Of a stretch of DNA of 64,000 nt, positions 20,937 through 30,163 are shown one piece after another. The DNA is from an uncultured Roseobacter sp. (lineage in GTDB: Bacteria; Pseudomonadota; Alphaproteobacteria; Rhodobacterales; Rhodobacteraceae): assembly GCF_947495025.1 (NCBI RefSeq), contig NZ_CANLXG010000002.1:994124-1058123 (forward strand), read 5' to 3'. Positions within the stretch are counted from its first letter, which is position 1, and every line of letters begins with the position of its first letter. The translations under genes were made by a program, and so were the position numbers. The notes beneath the pieces were generated by a model. The model searched no databases. It was given only the letters and a program-made list of their open reading frames with translations, and was not told the DNA's origin.

Positions 20937-21464
20937 ATGAGACGACCTGCAACTGTACTGGCATTCATACTGTCGACGGGAACGGCGCTTGCCGGTGTCG
21001 GACCCCACAGCTTTGCGTCTATTGATGGCGGAACGCTTGAAACTGCAGACTGGGCCGGGCAGCCGGTACTGGTGGTGAATACTGCGTCACAGTGTGGTTT
21101 TACCGGCCAGTATGATGGCCTGCAGGCGCTCTATGACCGCTACCGCGACGAGGGTCTGGTCGTCATGGCGGTCCCTTCGGATGATTTCAGCCAGGAACTG
21201 GACAGCGCCGAAGAGGTCAAGGAATTCTGCGAGCTGAACTTTGCGCTGGATCTGCCGATGGCAGACATCACCCGTGTCAAAGGACGCGATGCGCATCCCT
21301 TTTACCGCGAGGTCCGCGAAGAGACCGGTTTCGTGCCGCGCTGGAATTTCAACAAGGTGCTGATTGGTCCGGATGGTGCCGTCGTTGACACGTGGGGGTC
21401 ACGCACGAAACCTCTCTCGCGTGAGATTACCGGCGCAATTGAGGCTTTGCTCGACGGGTCCTGA
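20937..21464 (+). CDS. Glutathione peroxidase family protein
   Basis: VVNTASQCGFTGQY, PSDDFSQE and PRWNFNKVL motifs; N-terminal signal peptide. Confidence 0.9.
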   Translation: MRRPATVLAFILSTGTALAGVGPHSFASIDGGTLETADWAGQPVLVVNTASQCGFTGQYDGLQALYDRYRDEGLVVMAVPSDDFSQELDSAEEVKEFCELNFALDLPMADITRVKGRDAHPFYREVREETGFVPRWNFNKVLIGPDGAVVDTWGSRTKPLSREITGAIEALLDGS

Positions 21465-21493
21465 ATGACAGACTGGCGGCGGGAGGATCCGCG

Positions 21494-22123
21494 ATGCCAG
21501 CCGACAAGCCTGATCTCGACACCGCCTACGCGCTGGAGACGCCCGAAGACAACAGGGCGCTCTATGCCGGCTGGGCAGAGACCTATGAAGAGACCTTTGC
21601 CCGGGCGATGGATTTCCGGATGCCTGGCCACGTGGCACAAAAGTTTGTGGAAACCGGTGGACAGGGCCCCGTGCTGGATGCGGGCGCAGGCACAGGGCTG
21701 CTGGGGCAGGCGCTGCATGATGCCGGCATCCCGGATATCGATGGTCTGGATCTGTCGCCCGAAATGCTGGATGTTGCACGGCGCAAGAACGTCTACCGCG
21801 ATCTTGTCGTTGGGGATATGACCAGGCCTTTGCCGCTGCCTGATGCCACCTGGTATGGCATCGTCAGTTCGGGTACTTTCACCCACGGTCATGTCGGCCC
21901 GGACGCTTTCGACGAGCTGATGCGTGTGGCCGCACCCGGTGCGCTGTTCGTTGTGACCATCAAGACAGAGCTTTTCGACAGCGCAGGTTTTGGCGCCAAA
22001 TTCGCAGGTTTCGGGGGCAAGATCAAAGGCCTGGAGAGTGTCGAACTGCCAATCTATGGCCCGGCGGCCACCGGCGATCACCGTGATGACAAGGGGCTGG
22101 TGGTCAGCTTCCGCAAGTCCTGA
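21494..22123 (+). CDS. Class I SAM-dependent methyltransferase
   Basis: VLDAGAGTGLLG, GLDLSPEML and SSGTFTHGHVGP motifs. Confidence 0.85.
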   Translation: MPADKPDLDTAYALETPEDNRALYAGWAETYEETFARAMDFRMPGHVAQKFVETGGQGPVLDAGAGTGLLGQALHDAGIPDIDGLDLSPEMLDVARRKNVYRDLVVGDMTRPLPLPDATWYGIVSSGTFTHGHVGPDAFDELMRVAAPGALFVVTIKTELFDSAGFGAKFAGFGGKIKGLESVELPIYGPAATGDHRDDKGLVVSFRKS

Positions 22124-22126
22124 GGG

Positions 22127-23110
22127 TCAGGTATCGTCGCGCCACATCAACCGGGCGCTGCCGCCCTCAAGGCCCGGGCTGATCCCATAGGCAGCGCGAT
22201 AGCTTTTGGAGAAATGCGACAGGGATCTGAACCCGCAGGTCACACAGACATCAGTGACCGAGAAATCGGTCTGTCGCAGCAGGTCCCGCGCCTTTTCCAG
22301 GCGCAGCCGCAGATAGTGCCGTTTGGGGGAATTGCCCACATACCGCGCGAAAAGTCTTTCCAGCTGCCGGGTGGACAGGCCAACAAGACCAGAGATCTCA
22401 TCAGGTGTCAGCGGGTCCTCTGTGTTGTTCTGCATGATCTGCATGGCGAGCGCCAGTTTCGCGTTGCGTACTCTGGTGCGGGGCTGCAGGGCCATGCGCT
22501 GGGCATGATCCGGCAGTCGCGGATCGGTATAAACCATCTGGTCGGCGACCCATGTTGCCAGATCATCGCCGTAGTCCCGCCGGATCCGGTCGAGCATCAT
22601 GTCCATTGATGCCGCGCCTCCGGCGGTCGTGAAGACCCGCCCATCGACGGAGAAGATGCTGTCCTCCATAATAACGTCCGGCAACACTTCGGTCAGGGCT
22701 GCGCGGTACTCCCAGTGGGTCGTGACCCGTTTGCCTGACACCAGACCGGCCAGTGCGAGCACGTAAGTGCCCGATGAAAGCGCGCCATAGTCCATGCCCT
22801 TGCGCGTCTCGCGTCGCAGCCAGTTCAGCATTTTGCGGCTGGTTGCCTGCCCTGCATCTTCGCCCGCACAGACGACAATCGTCTCATGGCGGCTCAGTTC
22901 ATCCAGGGGACCGTCCACACCCACGCAGACGCCATTATAGGCCGGTACCGGCGCGCCGGTTTCTGACAGTATCCGCCACGCGTAATACGGGCCGCCCGAA
23001 GGGTAGCGGTTGGCAAGGCTCAGCGCTTCGAGTGCGCAGGAGAAACCCAGCTGCGAAAACCCCGGGATCAGGACAAAGGCATAGGATCTGGCAGCTGGTT
23101 CGTCGCGCAT
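22127..23110 (-). CDS. GlxA-family AraC transcriptional regulator
   Basis: N-terminal DJ-1-like domain (RVTTHWEY, TTAGGAASMDM) and C-terminal AraC double HTH (LSTRQLERLF...LRLEKARDLL...CGFRSLSHFS). Confidence 0.92.
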   Translation of the reverse strand: MRDEPAARSYAFVLIPGFSQLGFSCALEALSLANRYPSGGPYYAWRILSETGAPVPAYNGVCVGVDGPLDELSRHETIVVCAGEDAGQATSRKMLNWLRRETRKGMDYGALSSGTYVLALAGLVSGKRVTTHWEYRAALTEVLPDVIMEDSIFSVDGRVFTTAGGAASMDMMLDRIRRDYGDDLATWVADQMVYTDPRLPDHAQRMALQPRTRVRNAKLALAMQIMQNNTEDPLTPDEISGLVGLSTRQLERLFARYVGNSPKRHYLRLRLEKARDLLRQTDFSVTDVCVTCGFRSLSHFSKSYRAAYGISPGLEGGSARLMWRDDT

Positions 23111-23174
23111 CGGTGTGGCGTCCCTTTTGGGTACGCACCAGAATAGCGGCTTTGAGTGGCCCCCAAAACCGCGT

Positions 23175-24044
23175 TTACGACACAGTTTGTCGCGAAATCT
23201 GCACCGCCAGAATTCCCAGCGCGATCACAACCACACCCAGCAGGTCACGCGCGCCCAGCGGTTCGGACAGCAAAAGCGCCGCAACGGCCACACCCAGAAA
23301 CGGATTGAGAAAGTGGAACGTCGCTGCGCGGGTTGCCCCGATCCGGTTGACCAGCCAGAACCACACGAGTGTCGCTGCAAGGCCCGGAACGAGGGTGGTG
23401 TAGGCAAATGCCGCCGCAAGCGTCCAGCTCGGGTTCAGCCGAGGTGTTTCGAATAGAAGCGTCGCGAGCCCGCAGGCAAGGCACCCTACCAGCATCTGCA
23501 GGCCGACAATCATCAGAAAATTCCCGCCGGACGTAGCACCCCTTACCGACAGCGTCGCGATGGTAAGGGCAACGACGGCAATCCCGCACAGAACCAGCCC
23601 GGTGATATCGACCCCGCCATCGATACGTGCGCCCATGATCATGCCGACCCCGGCCACACCGGCGATCAGGCCCGCAATGCCCAGAGGGCGCAGGCGTTCG
23701 CCCAGAAACATCCAGCCCGCAAGTGCCACCAGCAGTGGCATGGTCGAAGCGATGATTGCCGCGACCGACGCCTGGATTGTCTGCATCGCCACAAAGTTCA
23801 GTCCCAGATACACCGCATTCTGCAAAACGCCGAACACGATGGTCGCGCGCCACTGTGCCGGTGTCAGCCGCCAGGACTGACCCAGCGCCATCGCGATTCC
23901 GACACCCAGCAGGCCCGAGATGGCGTAGCGCAGGGTCAGCGCTGCCATGGGCGAGGCATCAGCAACGATAATTCGGGCGGAGGTGAAGGCAGAGGACCAC
24001 ATGACAGCAAAGGCCAGCCCCATCAGAATTGCGCGGATGTCCAT
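23175..24044 (-). CDS. DMT/EamA family transporter
   Basis: 289 aa, about ten TM segments in two EamA repeats (MWSSAF...LRY; RIGATRAATFHFLNP). Confidence 0.88.
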   Translation of the reverse strand: MDIRAILMGLAFAVMWSSAFTSARIIVADASPMAALTLRYAISGLLGVGIAMALGQSWRLTPAQWRATIVFGVLQNAVYLGLNFVAMQTIQASVAAIIASTMPLLVALAGWMFLGERLRPLGIAGLIAGVAGVGMIMGARIDGGVDITGLVLCGIAVVALTIATLSVRGATSGGNFLMIVGLQMLVGCLACGLATLLFETPRLNPSWTLAAAFAYTTLVPGLAATLVWFWLVNRIGATRAATFHFLNPFLGVAVAALLLSEPLGARDLLGVVVIALGILAVQISRQTVS

Positions 24045-24176
24045 ATGGCTGCTGTTTTACCCTGTGGTTGCCGTGCCGCGACCATCGGGGAAATCGCGCA
24101 GCGCTGCAAGCGGCATGAGCAGTTGACACGGACCCCGGTCGGGGCGTTCATCGGGGCAATCTGACGGAGAGGCACC

Positions 24177-24803
24177 ATGATCCCACCCGACGTACTGTTT
24201 GTCTTTGCAGCAGCCTCGGTTGCGCTGGCCCTGGCACCCGGACCGGACAATATTTTTGTTCTGACGCAGTCTGCGCTCAGCGGCCGGATGGCGGGCGTGC
24301 TGGTGACCCTTGGCCTGGCAACCGGCGTGATGGTGCATACAACCCTCGTAGCGCTGGGCGTTGCGGTGATCTTCCAGACCTCACAGGCAGCATTTACCGC
24401 TCTCAAGATTGCAGGGGCCGGGTATCTTCTGTGGCTTGCATGGAAGTCATTTCGCGCAGGTGCCGCGGATGTGGCGGGCAGGGGCGTGCGGCGTCTCCCC
24501 GCAAGCCAGCTCTACACTCGTGGGGTGATCATGAACCTGACTAACCCCAAAGTAGCGATCTTTTTCCTCGCATTCCTGCCGCAGTTTGCGGACCCGGCGC
24601 GGGGGTCGGTCACTGTGCAGATTTTTCTGTTCGGTGCGGTCTTTGCTCTGTGTGCGCTTGTGATCTTCAGCGCGGTTGCCTGGGCGGCCGGGTTCCTCGG
24701 CCAGTGGCTCGGGGCAAGCCCTCGCGCGCAGGTCGCACTGAACCGGATCGCAGGAATTGTCTTTGCGGGCCTCGCGCTGCGGCTGCTGACCGCTCAGCGC
24801 TGA
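24177..24803 (+). CDS. LysE/RhtB family amino-acid exporter
   Basis: LALAPGPDNIFVL and NLTNPKVAIFFLAFLPQF motifs. Confidence 0.92.
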   Translation: MIPPDVLFVFAAASVALALAPGPDNIFVLTQSALSGRMAGVLVTLGLATGVMVHTTLVALGVAVIFQTSQAAFTALKIAGAGYLLWLAWKSFRAGAADVAGRGVRRLPASQLYTRGVIMNLTNPKVAIFFLAFLPQFADPARGSVTVQIFLFGAVFALCALVIFSAVAWAAGFLGQWLGASPRAQVALNRIAGIVFAGLALRLLTAQR

Positions 24804-25005
24804 TCTGCTGACATCGTCGCTTTTTTGGCGTCAATGCCGCGATGGATAACTGCCCGGCCCGGGGTAGCCACAGATTTCAGCCCTGCCGGTCAGGCGTGAT
24901 GTGCAGATCCCGAAGGGAATATCTGTTGAGGTGCGGCCTGGCGGAACTTACCCATACAAAGCAGCCCTCCTGTCATGGGCTGATTTCCGGAAAGGACAGA
25001 ACCTT

Positions 25006-25422
25006 ATGATTGCATATGTCACCGTAGGAGCAGATGACATCGCCCGGGCGGAACAGTTCTACTCTGCTATACTGCCTGTTCTTGGTTACAGGCTGGAAAA
25101 GTACCATGGCGACCTGAGTTACATACCGTCCGTACAGCCTGACCAGATTTCAGCTTCACCGGATTTCTATGTCAAATCGCCGTTTAACGGTGGTCCCGCG
25201 AGCGCCGGAAACGGGGCAATGGTTGCTTTTGAGGTCAGCAGTCAGAAACAGGTCCGCGAGCTTCATGCAGCGGCGGTGGCAGCCGGCGGCTCAGACGACG
25301 GGCAGCCGGGCTTTCGTGCATCGTATGGACCTCAGTTTTATGTGGGCTATCTGCGCGACCCTCAGGGCAACAAAATCGCGCTGTTCTCTGACAATCCGGA
25401 TGAACCGGGGCGGGACGGTTAA
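25006..25422 (+). CDS. VOC (glyoxalase/bleomycin resistance) family protein
   Basis: MIAYVTVGADDIARAEQFY...GNGAMVAF...YVGYLRDPQGNKI. Confidence 0.88.
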   Translation: MIAYVTVGADDIARAEQFYSAILPVLGYRLEKYHGDLSYIPSVQPDQISASPDFYVKSPFNGGPASAGNGAMVAFEVSSQKQVRELHAAAVAAGGSDDGQPGFRASYGPQFYVGYLRDPQGNKIALFSDNPDEPGRDG

Positions 25423-25459
25423 CACCGCGTTCAACCACGCCCCGGATATTGTCTTCAGC

Positions 25460-25486
25460 AACAGGCGGAAGGAAAGGCCGCCTGTT
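25460..25486. terminator. Hairpin between the convergent VOC gene and the eCIS operon end
   Basis: Perfect 9-bp arms AACAGGCGG/CCGCCTGTT; no clear U-tract on either side. Confidence 0.3.
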
Positions 25487-25505
25487 CGCAGGGAAAGGAG
25501 CAGCT

Positions 25506-28500
25506 CTATGGCATCGGCCCGTTTTTTATTCTCTGGACGAAATTGTAAATCATGATGCTGCCCAGCAGGGCGATCAGGATCCACATAAGAATGCCCGGCC
25601 AGACCGCGCGCGGGTCGCAGAAACTGAGCACCAGCAGCGTGGCGACAAGCACCAGGTTGCCGATCCACACCAGCCCGATGGTCAGGAAGCGAAACGCGAT
25701 ACGATCGACGATACCGCTGTAGAAAGACCGCCAGGTCAGAAGTACAACAATTGCGAAAAGTGCCATGGCTGCCAGTGTAATCGCCGCGCGGTTGGGGCAG
25801 GAAAAGTCGCACACCCGGCTGACGGGCCCCTCGAAACTGGCCAGCAGAGGTGGCAGACGCGGTGTGTTGAAATGCCTGGCAATGATACCTGCAATGGCCG
25901 CCGTCTCGACACCCGCCGGGTCCGGCACCGGCCAGAAACCCACACCCGAGAAGTTGTCCTTGAAATAGACCACGTCATCCTCAAACTGTGAGAAGGGCGC
26001 AGGCGTGCGCGTATCGACCGCGTTTGCCTTGACCGATGTCAGGACAAATTCATGCCCCCCCGGGGGCAGCACCGGTATGATGCTGCGCAGCACGCTGGCG
26101 CGCAACTCGCCCTGAAACAAACCCTGTTCCATGCGGTAGCGCAGGCCCTTCTTGGCGTCTGTGGTGGGGCGCTCGAGAAAGAGCAGAATTTTGTCGATAA
26201 TCCTCGTGGTTTCACGGCCAAGGTCTCTGGGGCCATCCGTCTGCGAGGTGTCTGCATTCTCGTCAGCAAGTACCAGTGGGCTGGGTATCAGCAATTCATA
26301 GAGTTCATCAAAGAGCGGCTGGTCGAGACTTTCACCGACGAGCGGGAAGTCAAACGCCACATTGATGCGCAGACGGTCCCGGTTCGGCAGCGCTTCGTAC
26401 AGATCCTTGACGATGCTGATGAGGATTTTCATTTCATCCCCGCCCAGATCGTTGCCCTGATAACCGTGGAAAATGAGCGTCACACCATCGGGCTGAACCG
26501 GATCAAAGAGCGTCGGGACAGCGTCCCGGATATGTCCGAGTTCATAACTCTCGAACCGTTCGAAAGGGGCCATTTCGGTGGCAATGTCGTCGATCACATC
26601 CTCGATTGTCGCATCGTCCCACTGTGTCCAGTCCCGCAGATCAAACGCGAGGTCTGCGCGCGCCCGGAACTGGTGTGCTGAATTCACAAAGTCACGTTTC
26701 GCTGCCCGCCACTGTTCGCGGTTGCGCAGGGTCACCCGGGTACTGCCCGCATCCGAGAACTCCAGCCCGTAAAATGCGACCTGCCCTGTGAGGCTGAAAT
26801 CGATCTGCGTTCGGGCCGGTGGCGCGGGTGGTGCATCTTCTCCGTCCGCGCCCGCCGCGGGTTCTGTACCTGCACGTACGGGCGTCGGCGCAAACCAGAA
26901 CGGGTAAAAGCCGTATACCTGCAGATCTGCTTCGCGTCGTTCCGGGACACATTTACAGTCCGGCACCGCAAAATCGCCGAACACCCGGGTAATCTCGGGA
27001 TCCGTGATGTTTTTCTGCGCCTTCTGGATAATGCGTTCTGTCACGAACTGGGAAAATGGCACCTGGCCGTCGATCACCGGAATATTGGCAAGCGCTTCCT
27101 CGAACAGCCGATAGCTGGGGTAAGCAACGCCGTTCAGTGTCCGGAGCCGGTCGGGCAGATCCTGCGCGGTGGCGTCGGCAACAGCCGCTCGCACATAGGG
27201 CAAAGCCAGAATTTCGTCGCGCAGAGCAGGTGTAAGAGACCATTCCGACGATACGGCGGGTTCTATGATCGCAATCTGGGTGTCGACGGTGCGCGCCACC
27301 TGTCGGGCGGCGGTCGCCTCAAGTGCTGAGCGTACCTGGGCCCGCATCAGCTCGGGCACGGTAGCATCGGCAATCGGTGTGGATTTGATGGCGTCCGACA
27401 GTTCGGGGTTGTCGATGGCGCTTTCCACAGCGTCGTCTGTAGCCTCGGTCACCGTGATCTTTGGAGTCGGATCGGGCGCGCCCTCTTCTTCATCCTCCAG
27501 TTCGATCAGCGCCGTATCCGTGGGCGGCGGTACGGGCTCGGAGGCGGCAGCCAGGGTGTCGGCGGCGGCGGTGATCTCCTCTCCGACCAGAGCTTCCTGT
27601 GCGCTGACGAGACCTGCGCGGATGCGGTTTACCAGCTCTGCGCGTGTCGGAGTGCGGGCGGGGGCCAGCTCTGTCAGTACGGGGACTGCAGTCTCAAGCT
27701 CTGCGCGTGCCAGCAGGGCGTCAGTCGCATCCGGTTTCAGCAGGAAAGTCAGCGGCAGAGTCTCAGGCCCGGTGACCAGCTCTTCGATCTCGGCCAGTAC
27801 GCAGTCGTCAAGGTCGCTCGCCAGTGCCGGCCGCAACTGGCGCCAGAGCGCCTGTGGACTGTCAAAACCACCGTTCTCCCCGGCAAAAGCGTCCAGCTTG
27901 GGAGACAGGGAGACGAAAAATTCGAGCGATGCAATGTCTTCATCGTTGAGCGCATACCAGGTAAGCGTCTGTTCCTGCGGGCGTGGCGAGCAGGGGCCAC
28001 CTGTGTACACGGTAGAACCATCGCCGCCTTCGTTCTGTGCGTTGTAGTCATCAATCAGGGTGAGCACCGCAGGCAGCGTCCCTGCGAGACGGCGCAGGCG
28101 TTTTCTGGTGCCCTCGTCTTCCTGTGTGTCACCTGCCGCGATCCAGCCGAGGAAATCGTCACTCTGCAGCACACGCAGAGCGCCGACGCGGCTGGAACCC
28201 AGACGGCCCAGACGCTCCATGGCCTGTTGCCAGGCGTCGATACCTCCGGCGACGGGCAACATCGCACAGATGTCGGCCTCGGTTTTGTCCTTGAAGAGCC
28301 TGGTCAGGGTGGCAAGTGCCCGCGCTCCGTCGGGGTATTGTGCCAGCGCACCCCCCGGATCTTCGCAGGTGAAGGTTACAGCACTCCGTCCCAGTGCAAG
28401 GGTCTTCATTGCTGTGGTACCTGCAAGCCGCAGACCCAGTGTGCTGCGTGCCAGGGCATCGCCACCGGCCGTGAGATCAAGTTCAAAGAGCTGCTCTGAC

Positions 28501-28823
28501 CAGCCTGGGAAATTTTGCTGCAGGCGTGCATACTGCACCGCCAGTTGCAGCGTCGAGCGCACGTCATCCAGCCCCGCCGGGCGCGGTACATCCTCGCAAA
28601 GCTGTTGCAGTTTCTGACGCGTATAGGTGCCAAGCCGTCCGTCTGTCAGCAGGGCGTTATTGTCATTGTAGGCTGTTCGCAGACCCAGCTGAACTTCGCC
28701 GATACTCGCGGGAACCAGTTTGTCCTCTGTCAGGTCCATCAGGTCGCTGCAGGCGGCAGCGAGGACTGTACTCATCGAAAAATACAGGATTATTGCAGAC
28801 AGAAAACGGCTGAGACGGGTCAT
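25506..28823 (-). CDS. Large eCIS-associated envelope protein (signal peptide, PG-binding-like motif, GH18-like barrel lacking catalytic motif, C-terminal TM helices)
   Basis: 1105 aa; leader MTRLSRFLSAIILYFSMSTVLAAAC; EVQLGLRTAY...DGRLGTYTRQKL; QVYGFYPFW and PDGVTLIFHGY; about three hydrophobic segments at the C-terminus; ATGA overlap with the ATPase gene. Confidence 0.6.
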   Translation of the reverse strand: MTRLSRFLSAIILYFSMSTVLAAACSDLMDLTEDKLVPASIGEVQLGLRTAYNDNNALLTDGRLGTYTRQKLQQLCEDVPRPAGLDDVRSTLQLAVQYARLQQNFPGWSEQLFELDLTAGGDALARSTLGLRLAGTTAMKTLALGRSAVTFTCEDPGGALAQYPDGARALATLTRLFKDKTEADICAMLPVAGGIDAWQQAMERLGRLGSSRVGALRVLQSDDFLGWIAAGDTQEDEGTRKRLRRLAGTLPAVLTLIDDYNAQNEGGDGSTVYTGGPCSPRPQEQTLTWYALNDEDIASLEFFVSLSPKLDAFAGENGGFDSPQALWRQLRPALASDLDDCVLAEIEELVTGPETLPLTFLLKPDATDALLARAELETAVPVLTELAPARTPTRAELVNRIRAGLVSAQEALVGEEITAAADTLAAASEPVPPPTDTALIELEDEEEGAPDPTPKITVTEATDDAVESAIDNPELSDAIKSTPIADATVPELMRAQVRSALEATAARQVARTVDTQIAIIEPAVSSEWSLTPALRDEILALPYVRAAVADATAQDLPDRLRTLNGVAYPSYRLFEEALANIPVIDGQVPFSQFVTERIIQKAQKNITDPEITRVFGDFAVPDCKCVPERREADLQVYGFYPFWFAPTPVRAGTEPAAGADGEDAPPAPPARTQIDFSLTGQVAFYGLEFSDAGSTRVTLRNREQWRAAKRDFVNSAHQFRARADLAFDLRDWTQWDDATIEDVIDDIATEMAPFERFESYELGHIRDAVPTLFDPVQPDGVTLIFHGYQGNDLGGDEMKILISIVKDLYEALPNRDRLRINVAFDFPLVGESLDQPLFDELYELLIPSPLVLADENADTSQTDGPRDLGRETTRIIDKILLFLERPTTDAKKGLRYRMEQGLFQGELRASVLRSIIPVLPPGGHEFVLTSVKANAVDTRTPAPFSQFEDDVVYFKDNFSGVGFWPVPDPAGVETAAIAGIIARHFNTPRLPPLLASFEGPVSRVCDFSCPNRAAITLAAMALFAIVVLLTWRSFYSGIVDRIAFRFLTIGLVWIGNLVLVATLLVLSFCDPRAVWPGILMWILIALLGSIMIYNFVQRIKNGPMP

Positions 28824-30163
28824 GACGTGCGTCCTTCTTTGCGCATTTCAGCGGTAACGGCGGATTTGATATCTTCTGCGGCAACGGAAGATGCGCCGCG
28901 TCGCAGCGCGCCCACGGCCGCATGGCGCACCACATTGGTGATGGCCGCACCGGACAGATCATGGGTGCGCGCGAGTGCCCTGAGGTCGATGTCCTCCGCA
29001 ACGGGCACACCAGAAAGGGTGTTTTGCCACAGCTGAAGTCTTTCGGGTACGGTCGGCCGGGCAAACCCGATGGCACTCTGGAACCTCCGGAAGAAGGCAT
29101 CATCTATGTTGCTGCGCAGGTTACTCGCAAGGATCACAAGGCTCTGGCACTCCTCAATGCGCTGCAGCAGGTAAGAGACTTCCTGGTTTGCGTGACGGTC
29201 ATTTGATGATGCAGTTGCCGTGCGGGTGCCAAAGAGCGCGTCGGCCTCATCAAAAAACAGAATCCAGTCCCGTTCAGCGGCCATGTCGAAAATCAGACCG
29301 AGGTTCTTTTCCGTTTCGCCAATATATTTGGATACAACCATCGACAGGTCGACGCGGTAAACATCGAGACCTGTGCGCTGACCCAGCAGGGTTGCTGTCA
29401 GTGTCTTGCCTGTGCCCGGGGGGCCGTAGAAAAGCGCCTTGTAGCCTCTCCCGAACTGTCGTTCGAGCCCCCAGTCCTGCAGGATCGTATCGCGGTTTTC
29501 GAGCCATGCGAGGATGTGCTGCAACTGGTCCCGCACGCCGGCGGGCAGAATGAGGTCCTCCCAGCCGAGTTTCGTCGTCAGCCGTCTGGCGGGAAAATTC
29601 GGCGAGAAATCGGGCCGGGGTGGTTTCCCGTCACAGAGTGCGACAACGCGGTGTACCGGGATGTCGAGGCGGCTGACGTGGGAGGGCGGTGTCTGGGTGA
29701 GCGTGACGCCCGCACTGACCCGCAGCGGATTATCAGGTTCAAACAGCCGCATGGCGGCGATCCGTGCGGCAGTATCCGTGCCCGCGATCAGAAAGAGCGC
29801 CGTTTCAACCGAGGGCACAAAGGCGGTACCCGCGTCCGGGTGCCCGCCAAACTGCGAAAATGCGCGGTCAATGGCAGAGTTTTTCACATAGAACGGGTCG
29901 AGTACTGCTGAGTTGACATGCGGGGCGACGGCCAGGGCCAGCACCAGCCGCGCCGTAGCATTCATGCCAGTGCGCGCGATCAGATCACCCAGTGCAGTTC
30001 CCCGTGGCTGCTCTGGTGCAGGCGGCACAGTGAAAGGTGCCGTCGTGCCATCGAAGAAATGTCCCAGGCGGGCTTCGATCACCTGTTCAAGCCAGCGGAT
30101 CTCATGCGAGACAGCATCGGCATGTGTTGCCTGTGCTGTGCCGGGAGGGGAGGAGTCATTCAT
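28820..30163 (-). CDS. eCIS AAA+ ATPase (Afp15/Pvc15-like)
   Basis: Walker A GPPGTGKT, VDLSMVVSKYIGETEKNL, Walker B LFFDEADALFG, DRHANQEVSYLLQRIE. Confidence 0.93.
   Translation of the reverse strand: MNDSSPPGTAQATHADAVSHEIRWLEQVIEARLGHFFDGTTAPFTVPPAPEQPRGTALGDLIARTGMNATARLVLALAVAPHVNSAVLDPFYVKNSAIDRAFSQFGGHPDAGTAFVPSVETALFLIAGTDTAARIAAMRLFEPDNPLRVSAGVTLTQTPPSHVSRLDIPVHRVVALCDGKPPRPDFSPNFPARRLTTKLGWEDLILPAGVRDQLQHILAWLENRDTILQDWGLERQFGRGYKALFYGPPGTGKTLTATLLGQRTGLDVYRVDLSMVVSKYIGETEKNLGLIFDMAAERDWILFFDEADALFGTRTATASSNDRHANQEVSYLLQRIEECQSLVILASNLRSNIDDAFFRRFQSAIGFARPTVPERLQLWQNTLSGVPVAEDIDLRALARTHDLSGAAITNVVRHAAVGALRRGASSVAAEDIKSAVTAEMRKEGRTS

Noticed and set aside
24804-25005. Hairpin CAGATCCCGAAGGGAATATCTG upstream of the VOC gene as a riboswitch
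   Set aside because: A single short stem with no consensus of a riboswitch class I recognise; a covariance-model search would be needed.
19844-25422. msrAB, peroxidase, methyltransferase, GlxA regulator, DMT, LysE and VOC genes as part of the eCIS system
   Set aside because: Common stand-alone stress and transport genes in mixed orientation, separated from the operon by a convergent junction with a hairpin.
26461-26925. Calling the 1105-aa protein an active chitinase or endolysin
   Set aside because: The GH18 catalytic DxDxE residues are replaced (DGVTLIFH), so hydrolase activity is not supported.
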